Below, one piece after another: positions 14,886 through 23,859 of a DNA stretch of 55,555 nucleotides (positions are counted from its first letter, which is position 1; each line of letters opens with the position of its first letter). Both the position numbers and the translations under genes were made by a program. Source of the stretch: a virus. Its lineage: Duplodnaviria; Caudoviricetes. Where the stretch lies: positions 1 through 55,555 of IMG/VR virus record IMGVR_UViG_3300049489_001004. One strand, given 5' to 3'. The notes under the pieces are model-generated. The model did no database searches. It saw nothing but the letters and a program-made list of their open reading frames with translations, and was not told the DNA's origin.

Positions 14886-14961
14886 GCTCAGGGTAGCTGA
14901 AGGTTCAGCACTGCGTCTCTAAAACGTCAGGTTATTACGGGATCGTTACCCGCCCTGGGCT
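14886..14961 (+). tRNA. Amber-anticodon (CTA) tRNA with 8/4 fold
   Basis: 8-bp acceptor gctcaggg/ccctgggc, loop ctCTAaa (anticodon 14919-14921), 4-bp T stem. Confidence 0.75.
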
Positions 14962-14963
14962 CT

Positions 14964-15218
14964 ATGGCAACATTTAAAACAGAACCGTATACCTTTACTT
15001 CTTATGTCCACGAAGAGTGGGAAGAAGATCAAGACTGGCAAGAAGTATACGATCAAATAAAAGAAGAAGATCCTGACTTCGAAATGGACTTTGAAGATTT
15101 TAAAGAAGCTATATATTCTCCTTTTTACGAAATCAAAGTTACTTGTTCGGTTCAATTCGAAGAATTAGACGGTGGATATCCAACGGCTAAAGTTAATATT
15201 ATTTCTGCTGAAATTTAA
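14964..15218 (+). CDS. Acidic hypothetical protein
   Basis: Very Asp/Glu-rich; PFYEI motif. Confidence 0.65.
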   Translation: MATFKTEPYTFTSYVHEEWEEDQDWQEVYDQIKEEDPDFEMDFEDFKEAIYSPFYEIKVTCSVQFEELDGGYPTAKVNIISAEI

Positions 15219-15222
15219 TATT

Positions 15223-15507
15223 ATGTGCGAAAAAGTTGTAATTTATGAGAGTAATATACAATTTGCTCTAGACCAAGGTATCGAATTTTGGAACGCTCAA
15301 GAGCTAGAAACTTTTGGGATTCCATTAATCGATATCGATGATGACTGGAAAGATGATTGCTTTTGTGGTTCTGATCCAGAACCCTCTCTTTTAGCTGCCG
15401 GATATACAGTTAAACATGACGCGATATGGGGCGATATATATGCCATTAAAAATTCAGAACCAAATAAAGAAACTCAAATCGAGGAAGAATGCAGCTATAC
15501 ACTTTAA
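15223..15507 (+). CDS. Hypothetical protein
   Basis: Start moved to ATG 15223 to avoid overlap. Confidence 0.6.
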   Translation: MCEKVVIYESNIQFALDQGIEFWNAQELETFGIPLIDIDDDWKDDCFCGSDPEPSLLAAGYTVKHDAIWGDIYAIKNSEPNKETQIEEECSYTL

Positions 15508-15791
15508 CTAATAAAGGCAAGAACGTTATCAGAGTTTTTGCCAATTCTCCAGAAAGAGCTAAAGACATCGCTTTTGAACAGGGATTTACTAAGAAAAGAG
15601 ATAACTTGTTTATCTCTGCAGAAAGATCTGCCCCTCAAGAATATCACGAAGGCGTTGCTTCTTATGTAGCTCAAGTCAGTAGCTTCAATCTAGAAACACT
15701 TAAGATTGAAACCCCTGAAGATGATGGCAGTCTTGGCTGGTATGGCGGCGACAAACAACAACCTAAAGTAGATAACGATTGGTGGAATTGA
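15489..15791 (+). CDS. Hypothetical protein
   Basis: GAGGA RBS. Confidence 0.65.
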   Translation: MQLYTLTNKGKNVIRVFANSPERAKDIAFEQGFTKKRDNLFISAERSAPQEYHEGVASYVAQVSSFNLETLKIETPEDDGSLGWYGGDKQQPKVDNDWWN

Positions 15792-15979
15792 TGCCTAAAT
15801 ACAGAGTAACATTTTCAGAAGTAAGCATTCGAGAGATGGAAATTCTTGACAGTTCCCCAGAAGATATTCTTGAGGCATATAACAACAGAGAAGACTGGAT
15901 CATAGATTGCATAGATAGCTCAGTAGAAGTTGACGGTCACTACGAAAAAGATATTTTAATCGTACAAATATCAGAATAG
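15791..15979 (+). CDS. Hypothetical protein
   Basis: TGATG coupling; MPKYRVTF start. Confidence 0.6.
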   Translation: MPKYRVTFSEVSIREMEILDSSPEDILEAYNNREDWIIDCIDSSVEVDGHYEKDILIVQISE

Positions 15980-16083
15980 CTATCTATGCATCATATATTT
16001 TACCTTTGGGTATATTGCTATAAAATTTTAGATAAACTTTTTTACAAAACAAAATAATATAATTCTTAGAAAGGAATTATCAA

Positions 16084-16419
16084 ATGGTTAACCGCAACAA
16101 GATTTCTGAAGCTCAAGAAGCTGTGAAGATTTGGACCAGTAACGTTGACATCGCTAACGATGTAGCTATCGCTAGAGTCTGGGCCACTGTCGAAGGAGAT
16201 CAGGTGGAGGCTGTTGGTATCGCCAAGCGTCATCCTGATGATAAGGCAAACCCTCGTGTAGCTGCGCTCATTGCTTACAGTAGAGCTGTGTCGAACCTTT
16301 CTAAAAGAATCGAAAAGCGTGCGGCAGGGGCAGTGAAGCACGCTGACGATATGGCTCGCAACAAAGAGCTACAGGCTCAGAGGTCCACCAAGAAGACCAA
16401 AAGCAAGAAGGGTAAGTGA
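16084..16419 (+). CDS. dsRBD-fold DUF1876 (Rv2632c-like) protein
   Basis: AVGIAKRHPDD..NPRVAALIA.SRA motif; AAAGGA RBS. Confidence 0.75.
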   Translation: MVNRNKISEAQEAVKIWTSNVDIANDVAIARVWATVEGDQVEAVGIAKRHPDDKANPRVAALIAYSRAVSNLSKRIEKRAAGAVKHADDMARNKELQAQRSTKKTKSKKGK

Positions 16420-16793
16420 CAATGGAACCTACTGTTATAAAAAACAGTATTGATGTCTTACTAGAAACTGGTAGTAAGGTAAAAAAAACAACAGCTATAG
16501 AAGATTTCATCAACAGAAACGAAGATGTTTTCATCTATAGCAGTGATGAACCTCGGTTGGTTACTAACTTTATTCAGAACGCAAGAAACGAAAAAGAGCG
16601 TATGATTAAAGCAGGGGCGACCGTAAATGTAACTGTTCATTACAGAGCAGGCATGGGTGTTCTTATTAATTGGGATCTCGTTGACGAGACTAAATCTATT
16701 CAGCTAAAGACTTTAGGGATGCGCCCAGAACGCGTCGGTTCTGTCCATAAGACTAGTGTAACTAAAGAAATAACTCAGACTAAAGAATACTGA
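16416..16793 (+). CDS. Hypothetical protein
   Basis: Coupled ORF before rtcB. Confidence 0.6.
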   Translation: MTMEPTVIKNSIDVLLETGSKVKKTTAIEDFINRNEDVFIYSSDEPRLVTNFIQNARNEKERMIKAGATVNVTVHYRAGMGVLINWDLVDETKSIQLKTLGMRPERVGSVHKTSVTKEITQTKEY

Positions 16794-16804
16794 TCGGAAA
16801 CAAT

Positions 16805-17971
16805 ATGGAAGTATTAAACGATAATTTATATGCGTGGGTAGAAGAATTTGATACCAACACAATTCTTCAGGCTGAAAAATTATCGCGGCTTCCCATTCTA
16901 GCTGGACCAGTTGCGCTCATGCCAGATGCCCACGTTGGTATGGGCGCAACAGTAGGTTCAGTTATAGCTACAAAAAACGCCATCATACCTGCTGCCGTAG
17001 GAGTAGACTTAGGTTGCGGAATGATAGCTATTCGAACGAGCCTTATGTCTGAAGATTTACCTGAAGACTTGGATAAGTTTATGCCTGAAGTAGAGCGTAG
17101 TATCCCCGCAGGCGTAGGCAGAGGGCATTCAGAAGCGACTAAGGGTGCATCCGAATGGTTTGATAAACATGGTATACCCGGAAGCTTGGACACAAAGCAG
17201 AAAAAAACTGCTATGACGCAGATGGGTTCTCTTGGGTCCGGAAACCATTTTTTCGAAGTCTGTTTGGATGAGTCAGACAAGGTCTGGTTAGTTTTACATT
17301 CAGGATCACGTGGAGTTGGAAATACTCTGGCTCAGAATCATATTCGTATAGCTAAATCAGACTTTAAATCTTGGGTCAGCGGAGAATATGATTTAGAAGA
17401 TAAAGATCTAGCGTGGTTCATTGAGGAGACTCCTCAATTCGACGCCTATATCTCTGACATGCTTTGGTCACAGGATTATGCTTTAGCCAATAGAAATTTA
17501 ATGATGCAATCCGTCCTTAAAAATTTCTTTAATTTTGTAGGGACCGGTAAAGTCGAACAAGAAATAAATTGTCATCACAATTTCTGTCAAAGAGAGACCC
17601 ACGGCGACCATTCCGTTTGGGTAACTCGTAAAGGTGCTATCCAAGCCAAAGATACTGACTGGGGAGTTATCCCTGGTTCAATGGGAGCCGAAACCTATAT
17701 CGTTAAAGGCACAGGTAATCCCTTGTCCTGGAACTCATGCTCTCATGGAGCTGGAAGAACTATGAGTCGCAGTAAAGCCAAGACTCTTTTTACCAAAGAA
17801 GATCTTGTTGAATTGATGGGCGACAGAGTGTGGAATAAAGATTCCGCGGCGGCACTTATTGACGAGATTCCTTTGTCTTATAAAGATATCAATAAGGTCA
17901 TGGAAGCACAGAAAGATTTGGTTGAAGTTCAATACAAACTTCATCAGATATTAAATTACAAGGGACAATAA
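16805..17971 (+). CDS. rtcB: RtcB RNA ligase
   Basis: MPDAHVG, GVDLGCG, GSLGSGNHFFE, HSGSRG, HHN, IPGSMG and SHGAGR motifs. Confidence 0.97.
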   Translation: MEVLNDNLYAWVEEFDTNTILQAEKLSRLPILAGPVALMPDAHVGMGATVGSVIATKNAIIPAAVGVDLGCGMIAIRTSLMSEDLPEDLDKFMPEVERSIPAGVGRGHSEATKGASEWFDKHGIPGSLDTKQKKTAMTQMGSLGSGNHFFEVCLDESDKVWLVLHSGSRGVGNTLAQNHIRIAKSDFKSWVSGEYDLEDKDLAWFIEETPQFDAYISDMLWSQDYALANRNLMMQSVLKNFFNFVGTGKVEQEINCHHNFCQRETHGDHSVWVTRKGAIQAKDTDWGVIPGSMGAETYIVKGTGNPLSWNSCSHGAGRTMSRSKAKTLFTKEDLVELMGDRVWNKDSAAALIDEIPLSYKDINKVMEAQKDLVEVQYKLHQILNYKGQ

Positions 17972-18169
17972 GTGTTATTGTTGGATTTATATTGGATTTT
18001 TTGTATAGGATATATGATCCTATATATCGATATAAATCGCGATCATTTTCCCGATGTATCATTAAGCCGTGTTGTTTTAATTGCCTTTTTCAGGTCTTTG
18101 ATTTGGCCAATTTTACTGATTAAAGAAATCATTTTGACATTAAAAAATTTGTATGAAAGCCGTATCTGA
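17972..18169 (+). CDS. Small membrane protein
   Basis: Two hydrophobic segments with a WP motif. Confidence 0.5.
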   Translation: MLLLDLYWIFCIGYMILYIDINRDHFPDVSLSRVVLIAFFRSLIWPILLIKEIILTLKNLYESRI

Positions 18170-18171
18170 TA

Positions 18172-18420
18172 ATGTATGATCTAGCAGCGAAGCTAACAGA
18201 ATTATTACAATCACACAATTGGACTAGGGTCGGCACTAGTAGCGTGGGAGCTTTTTGGAGCAGCCCTAAGTTCGTTCATACAGTTATAATCCCAAACAAA
18301 ATTACCGTTGATAGTTACGAATGGCCAGGAATTTTAGACAGGATATCTACTGCTCTTAGAATAGATCAAGCTACGCTGAGATTACTTCTTCTAGAGTCTC
18401 CCGACACAATGGAACTGTAA
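18172..18420 (+). CDS. Hypothetical protein
   Basis: Operon packing. Confidence 0.6.
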   Translation: MYDLAAKLTELLQSHNWTRVGTSSVGAFWSSPKFVHTVIIPNKITVDSYEWPGILDRISTALRIDQATLRLLLLESPDTMEL

Positions 18421-18422
18421 CT

Positions 18423-18638
18423 ATGGATCTTTTGTGTAGAATTTGTTCTAAGTATGGGAATAATTCTTTTTTTTTATTAGGTATGAGCCAAAGCGAGAAA
18501 GATGTTTTAGGTTCTTCTCCTATATTTTATTCTTGCGATGACCACGTGGAAGAAGTAAGATCTTTAGCAAGAGAAGAATTAAATCTTATGTTCAAAAACA
18601 AAATAAAAGATAATTCTGGTCAAGTGATGGAATTATGA
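18423..18638 (+). CDS. Hypothetical protein, possibly Zn-binding
   Basis: CRIC...SCDDH. Confidence 0.55.
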   Translation: MDLLCRICSKYGNNSFFLLGMSQSEKDVLGSSPIFYSCDDHVEEVRSLAREELNLMFKNKIKDNSGQVMEL

Positions 18639-18702
18639 GCATACATTTTGTACTAGCACCTTCTGCGGCAAGAAAGCGCGCAGAAAGAAAGAGAGGTGAG
18701 CT

Positions 18703-19292
18703 ATGACTATCTGGTTTATATCAGATACTCATTAGCTTAGGCTAACTTTAACCACACAAATATCATAAAGTATTCTCATCGTCCATTTCGCAACGCTCAA
18801 AAAATGAATGAGCACATGATATGTGTTTGGAATGACAGAGTTAAGCCTGAAGACGAAGTTTATCACCTAGGCGATGTTATGTTTCCGCCCAAAGACAAAA
18901 ACGATATATCTATAGATTGTTTAATGGAAAGATTAAACGGCACCAAACATCTTATTGTGGGCAATCATGATCGCGAACGTTACCATAAAAACGACGAGGC
19001 GATAACAGAACATCCAGGGTGGGCTTCGGTGAAAGATTATGACGAAGTCAAATTCGGCAAGACTAGATTCGTGATATGCCATTATCCCTTTGAGACTTGG
19101 CGCAATGCTCACCGCGGATGGTACATGCTACATGGACACTGTCATGGCACATTAAAGAACGTAGTTCCTCATCGTATGGACGTTGGAGTGGATTGTGTTA
19201 CTGATTACGCCCCTATTTCTGCTGAAGAATTAAGGGATATTTTTAATGCTCAAGCAGATTATTCGCCTACAGATCATCATGGAGAAAAATGA
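18703..19292 (+). CDS. Calcineurin-like metallophosphoesterase interrupted by a 14-nt hairpin insertion
   Basis: MTIWFISDTH then, after a frame jump, FNHTNIIKY..RPF; HLGD, GNHD, CHYP, HGHCH and DVGVD motifs. Confidence 0.85.
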
Positions 19293-19510
19293 GTAAGCAA
19301 ACAGAAGAAGTACAGAAGTTACTAGACAAGCTAGGGCCAGACGAAGGAAATGGTCCAGTCGAAATTGGTTATACTGATGGTACCATGGTTGAATTTCATC
19401 CTTGTCACAGGGAAATGCTTGAGCAACAGCTTGAGCTCCATAAACTTGCTGATAAATACATTGATGAAATGATCGAATGGGAAAATTCTTTAAAGAACTT
19501 GCCGAGTTAA
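19289..19510 (+). CDS. Hypothetical protein
   Basis: ATGA coupling; stop lies inside tRNA-Thr. Confidence 0.6.
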   Translation: MSKQTEEVQKLLDKLGPDEGNGPVEIGYTDGTMVEFHPCHREMLEQQLELHKLADKYIDEMIEWENSLKNLPS

Positions 19511-19577
19511 CTCAGTTAGGTAGAGTGCGAAACTTGTAATTTCGAAGTCGGGAGTTCGATTCTCCCACTCGGCCCCA
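19501..19577 (+). tRNA. tRNA-Thr(TGT)
   Basis: Cloverleaf; cgaaa-ctTGTaa-tttcg; encoded CCA. Confidence 0.95.
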
Positions 19578-19599
19578 ATTATTATTAAGTAGGTATAAA

Positions 19600-19968
19600 A
19601 TGTCAGTTCAACTATCCCGATATTTTTATAAGTCTGGTGACCCTAATAAGATAGGGTTATCTCCCAATCAGACTTTTATCATGGGGCTATGGGAGTTGCT
19701 TGATTCTTTGATCAAGATAGTTACCTTAGGTAGAGTGGGCGGTAGATTTTCGGACAATTATATCTGGAATACATTCAGAGCAAACGCTGATAAGAAACGA
19801 GTGCATTTAATAAATGCCGCAACTAGCCCAGAAGACGAAATTATATGTTGCGAATGCGATACCACTTGTTCCAACAAAGATTTCGCAGTTAATCATAACT
19901 GGGGCTGGGCTCACGAAAAAAATCAAGTGACGAAATGGTTTTGTCCTGAATGTTCGGAAGATTGGTAA
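19600..19968 (+). CDS. Hypothetical protein with C-terminal Zn ribbon
   Basis: CCEC...WFCPEC. Confidence 0.6.
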   Translation: MSVQLSRYFYKSGDPNKIGLSPNQTFIMGLWELLDSLIKIVTLGRVGGRFSDNYIWNTFRANADKKRVHLINAATSPEDEIICCECDTTCSNKDFAVNHNWGWAHEKNQVTKWFCPECSEDW

Positions 19969-20002
19969 ATGTTATGAGCGAAGATTGGTAAATGTTATGA
20001 GC
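19957..20002 (+). repeat. 23-nt perfect tandem duplication
   Basis: gaagattggtaaatgttatgagc twice. Confidence 0.9.
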
Positions 20003-20422
20003 AACGATGGCAAACCAGGCCCCTCTCTACCATTAACGAAAAAACAAGAAGAATACGTTCTTTTTGATATAAAATTTCGTCTTCATGAATTAAAAGAACG
20101 TAGAGACAAAATTATTAGAGATGGAAACAATATAATATCTTTAGTTCAGAATGATGAAAATTATAAATTAGAAAAAACTGAAGATAAAGAATGGGAATCA
20201 CAGCCTATTCAAGTTCCAAAAATAATCCGCGATAAAAAACCAGACTTTCTCAATAAAGCTATTAAAGTTGTCGGCTCCGTAGGATACACCTATCAAGAAA
20301 AATCATTTGATCCTACTATAACAGAAGCTTTCGATACAGGATTTTATACTGCTATAAGAATGATCGAAGAAGGTCTTATCGAATTGCCTAGCGTAGTGAG
20401 TCCCAACGATGCCGAAATATAA
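19985..20422 (+). CDS. Hypothetical protein
   Basis: Operon packing; start likely an internal ATG. Confidence 0.6.
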   Translation: MVNVMSNDGKPGPSLPLTKKQEEYVLFDIKFRLHELKERRDKIIRDGNNIISLVQNDENYKLEKTEDKEWESQPIQVPKIIRDKKPDFLNKAIKVVGSVGYTYQEKSFDPTITEAFDTGFYTAIRMIEEGLIELPSVVSPNDAEI

Positions 20423-20771
20423 TTACGTAGTTGAAATAGAATGTTCGACCAAAGAACAAGCTGACGAAGTAATGTGTGAACGCCTAGGTTACGATGAAGA
20501 TTATGGATATCCATATAAAATCAACAACTCGAATGATTGTCCGACGATAGAGCAGTGCCTATTGGCTTACGACCAGACAATTGAATTTTTAGATGCAGGA
20601 GGGCTGCTTCAGGATTATGTCTTGTCGTTAAGTAAGCAAAAAGCTTTACTTGCTCTTCATGTGTCTACATACCTAAGAGATATGTCCGAAGAAACAAGGG
20701 TAAGCTTTCACAAGGGCGCATATGAAAATTTACCTATTGAATTTGTAGACAGCGAAGAAGTAATTATCTAA
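20409..20771 (+). CDS. Hypothetical protein
   Basis: EQADEVM.ERLGYDEDYG motif. Confidence 0.65.
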   Translation: MPKYNYVVEIECSTKEQADEVMCERLGYDEDYGYPYKINNSNDCPTIEQCLLAYDQTIEFLDAGGLLQDYVLSLSKQKALLALHVSTYLRDMSEETRVSFHKGAYENLPIEFVDSEEVII

Positions 20772-20782
20772 TTGGCCGCGCT

Positions 20783-21322
20783 ATGAAACTACCAGTACCT
20801 TATAAATGTTTTAGAATAAAGGGCCCTGGTGCCTGGTGGATTGTCGATGCAGATATAGCAGAACCAATAAAGGAATTAATTAAACTTGATGCTAACGATT
20901 GTTTCTCGTGCTTAGGAAAAGGTATTAGCACCTATGATAACAGTAAATGCGTTAAGTGTTATGGCACCGGGGAATTTATCGTATCGATAGATGTAGACAC
21001 ATGTCCATGTGGCGGCAGCGATATAAAGTGCAAGCTGTGTTCGGGATATGGACCAAGCAAAACATATCAAGCGTCTTTTGTTAAAGTTTTACCAATAACA
21101 ACAAAACCTCTTTCTAAAACTTTAACAACAGATCATATTGTAAATGATCATGGTTTATTTTTTATTAAGCAGTGGTTGCCCGAATCTAATAGTTATTACG
21201 TCCAGCATATTCTCATAGCTCCATACGCCGCATCTTGGGGGCAATATGGCATTAAGTTAAAAATTTACGGTTTCCAACAATCCCAAAATAATTTAATTAA
21301 CAAGGATGAAATAATATGGTAG
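20783..21322 (+). CDS. Protein with DnaJ-type zinc-finger repeats
   Basis: CFSCLGKG, CVKCYGTG and CKLCSGYG. Confidence 0.7.
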   Translation: MKLPVPYKCFRIKGPGAWWIVDADIAEPIKELIKLDANDCFSCLGKGISTYDNSKCVKCYGTGEFIVSIDVDTCPCGGSDIKCKLCSGYGPSKTYQASFVKVLPITTKPLSKTLTTDHIVNDHGLFFIKQWLPESNSYYVQHILIAPYAASWGQYGIKLKIYGFQQSQNNLINKDEIIW

Positions 21323-21939
21323 CAGAAAATTACACTCACTTAACATTAGTGATTGACCGGTCTGGCTCAATGTATAACTTAGCGTCAGATGTGAGCGGTA
21401 GCATTAATACCCTTATTAGGGAGCAGGCTGCCATTGCAGACAGTGAGATTACAATCTCGTTGGTACAATTTGACAGCGAATATGAAGCAGTCGAAGAGTT
21501 CGTGCCAGCAAAACACGTAAACAATTATAACTTAGTGCCAAGAGGCAGTACGGCCATGAACGACTCTGTGTTTCGCGCAATCAACGAAACCAAAGAACGT
21601 ATCGATGCAATGCCAGAAGCAAATAGGCCAAGCAATGTGATTGTGACTATTGCCACAGATGGGTACGAGAATGCTTCTAGCGAAGTAACTAATGCTCAGC
21701 TTAAGAAGCTGGTAGAAGAACGAGAAGCTGACGGATGGTCATTTGTTTTCATTGCCTCGAACATCGACGCTAAAACAGCTGGGGGCTCTTTGGGTATTAC
21801 AAATACCGCGTCAAACAGTCATACTGGCGCAGGATATGCTCAGACGTACAGCACTTTGAGCGCAACAATATCTACGACTAGGACCACCGGCACTTCGTTC
21901 GATAGTGCCTGGAAAGAAAATGATACAAATAGCCAATGA
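21316..21939 (+). CDS. vWA-domain protein
   Basis: IDRSGSM MIDAS, PRGSTA and TDGYENAS motifs. Confidence 0.9.
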   Translation: MVAENYTHLTLVIDRSGSMYNLASDVSGSINTLIREQAAIADSEITISLVQFDSEYEAVEEFVPAKHVNNYNLVPRGSTAMNDSVFRAINETKERIDAMPEANRPSNVIVTIATDGYENASSEVTNAQLKKLVEEREADGWSFVFIASNIDAKTAGGSLGITNTASNSHTGAGYAQTYSTLSATISTTRTTGTSFDSAWKENDTNSQ

Positions 21940-21979
21940 GAACTACAATCAAGAGTGGGTCCATAGATGATTGTAGGAT

Positions 21980-22930
21980 TTAATCGTCATCTATAGATAG
22001 CAGATCGAAATTGATGTATTCCGAAAGCTCTTCTCCTAAAATATCCTCTAGCTCTTCTCTTATCTTATGTAATTGAGATCGGCAGGTATTGGGATGTTCA
22101 GAGGTTTTGTCAGCAATCTTCGGGGCTTTAAGGCCATCTATATAGCGCCATTTTAATAACTGTCTTTGATTAATAGTTAGTTTATTAAATGGATACGCGG
22201 CAGTTTCACCAGAGATCCAGAACTCATCTATTGAGTCGGTCCCTAATGTAAATACATCGTATTCTTCTATACGTATTTGTTTTTGAACGTCTGAGTTTAT
22301 TTGAGACATGTCAGCGCTGTCGTCAGAAGGACTAGAAGAGCTCACTGAGTCCTCAGTATAAAGGCCGAATGTTTTGCGGCCAACCTGAGAAATCAAATAC
22401 TCTTCTACGTTCTTTTTAAGTCGGTAGAAAAAATAATTATATAAGAACCCACTAAATGGTATGGGCCCCTTTCTCTCGTACCTATCGATACATTGAAAGA
22501 ATGTTACATAGACAGTTTGTTCTACGTCTTCTTTAAAACAATACCGGTTCACCATGTAATGCAGGCCCCGGAGGACCTCATTGACTTCCTTGTAGGCGCC
22601 CTCGTCTATTTGATTCCTTTGTATTTTCCCGGCGTACCCCTTTCGTGCAAATAAAGCAATGAACCTACGAATATCATAGTCTCTAAGGTCAGCTCTTTTT
22701 ACGAAGAGTAAAGCTATATATTTTTTAAGGAAGTTATCGAACACTACGAGCAGTTCAGACTGAGCAACCGTGTCCCCCTTTTTGGCACGACTTATTAAAG
22801 CCTGAAGATCTTCTTCGGGGATGGTATAATATTTTCTAGTTATAGATTCGTGATCTTTTTTCTTCTTGTCCTTCTGGTTACGAGTCTCGTTGGCTATAAG
22901 TGATTTATCAGACATTTTTAACTTTCCCAA
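21980..22930 (-). CDS. Phage RNA polymerase sigma-like factor
   Basis: Region 2-like LI.RAK.GD..A..ELL and EDVEQ...F; region 4-like HTH at C-terminus. Confidence 0.75.
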   Translation of the reverse strand: MGKLKMSDKSLIANETRNQKDKKKKDHESITRKYYTIPEEDLQALISRAKKGDTVAQSELLVVFDNFLKKYIALLFVKRADLRDYDIRRFIALFARKGYAGKIQRNQIDEGAYKEVNEVLRGLHYMVNRYCFKEDVEQTVYVTFFQCIDRYERKGPIPFSGFLYNYFFYRLKKNVEEYLISQVGRKTFGLYTEDSVSSSSPSDDSADMSQINSDVQKQIRIEEYDVFTLGTDSIDEFWISGETAAYPFNKLTINQRQLLKWRYIDGLKAPKIADKTSEHPNTCRSQLHKIREELEDILGEELSEYINFDLLSIDDD

Positions 22931-23853
22931 AATTTTAACGAGTGAGCGAACTTCTGTTCGAGTTCATTATAATAGACAAAAGGCTTTAATCCAAGTTTTT
23001 TGTAAGCTAAATCTGCTTTGCAACCAGGTTTTTGTACCACATAAGTCATCTTTTCAAAAACATCTGGATAATGTTTTTTCATCCGTCGCATCTTAGTCAG
23101 GTCTTTACTATCTATCCTTCCTTTGACCTCACACCACACCTCTCGTCCTTTGACGTTTAGCATGTAGTCAGGAAGATATGATCGGGCACCAGTTTGCTCG
23201 GGAAAATAGAACGTCTTAGGCTCATATTCATATCTTATTTTCATGTGATCCAAGTAAAGACAAAAATTGTTTTCCCAGCTGCTGCGAACCGTGAAACCTA
23301 AATGTTTCCTAAACCCAGTGCGAGTATTAGAAAAAGACGATCTTCTCTGCTTTATTCTCTGAGTCTGTCTTTGGGCGACATTAGCTGGGGTAACTAATAC
23401 GTTCTCAGGAAACTCTTCTGGTTCAATGTCATAGTGTTCAAATATTCGGGCCAAGGTCCCTAGGCTCATGCCAAGCTTAGCTGCTACTTGTGGGAAAGGC
23501 ATATTTTTATATAGGTTTTGAATTTCGCTCGGGCCGGGGGGGCTTATTTGTGCGTTCTTCCTACATAAGGGGGAGCAATAAAAGGGGCCGCCAGATTTTA
23601 TCTGCGCATCAGTAAAATAACATAAGTCATGACAGATAAAATTCTGACAATACCTAGCATATTTACGAGGCTGACTTACCGTTCTAAGTATTGATGGGTT
23701 GAGATTATAAGTCTCCACCATCTTTTTCGCATGAGAGGATACCGTTGACGCAGCGATACCAAGCTTTTTAGCTATGGCTGCATTGCCCATCGAAGTGTTC
23801 GATAATAAATCATAAATTTGTTCATCTAATGGTCGCAAATCTTTATCTGTCAT
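22918..23853 (-). CDS. HTH plus PD-(D/E)XK endonuclease, possibly a homing nuclease
   Basis: Two HTH-like segments; RSSWE...YEYEPKTF...YLPDY...EVKG; start set at ATG 23853. Confidence 0.75.
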   Translation of the reverse strand: MTDKDLRPLDEQIYDLLSNTSMGNAAIAKKLGIAASTVSSHAKKMVETYNLNPSILRTVSQPRKYARYCQNFICHDLCYFTDAQIKSGGPFYCSPLCRKNAQISPPGPSEIQNLYKNMPFPQVAAKLGMSLGTLARIFEHYDIEPEEFPENVLVTPANVAQRQTQRIKQRRSSFSNTRTGFRKHLGFTVRSSWENNFCLYLDHMKIRYEYEPKTFYFPEQTGARSYLPDYMLNVKGREVWCEVKGRIDSKDLTKMRRMKKHYPDVFEKMTYVVQKPGCKADLAYKKLGLKPFVYYNELEQKFAHSLKFWES

Positions 23854-23859
23854 GTTATA

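Noticed and set aside
16867-17280. Antisense or nested ORFs inside rtcB, dnaE, nrdJ and the glycosyltransferases
   Set aside because: They lie wholly within well-supported genes and show no motifs or RBS.
18172-18420. HicA-like toxin call
   Set aside because: The size and pattern are loosely similar, but the GSH catalytic motif is absent and there is no HicB partner.
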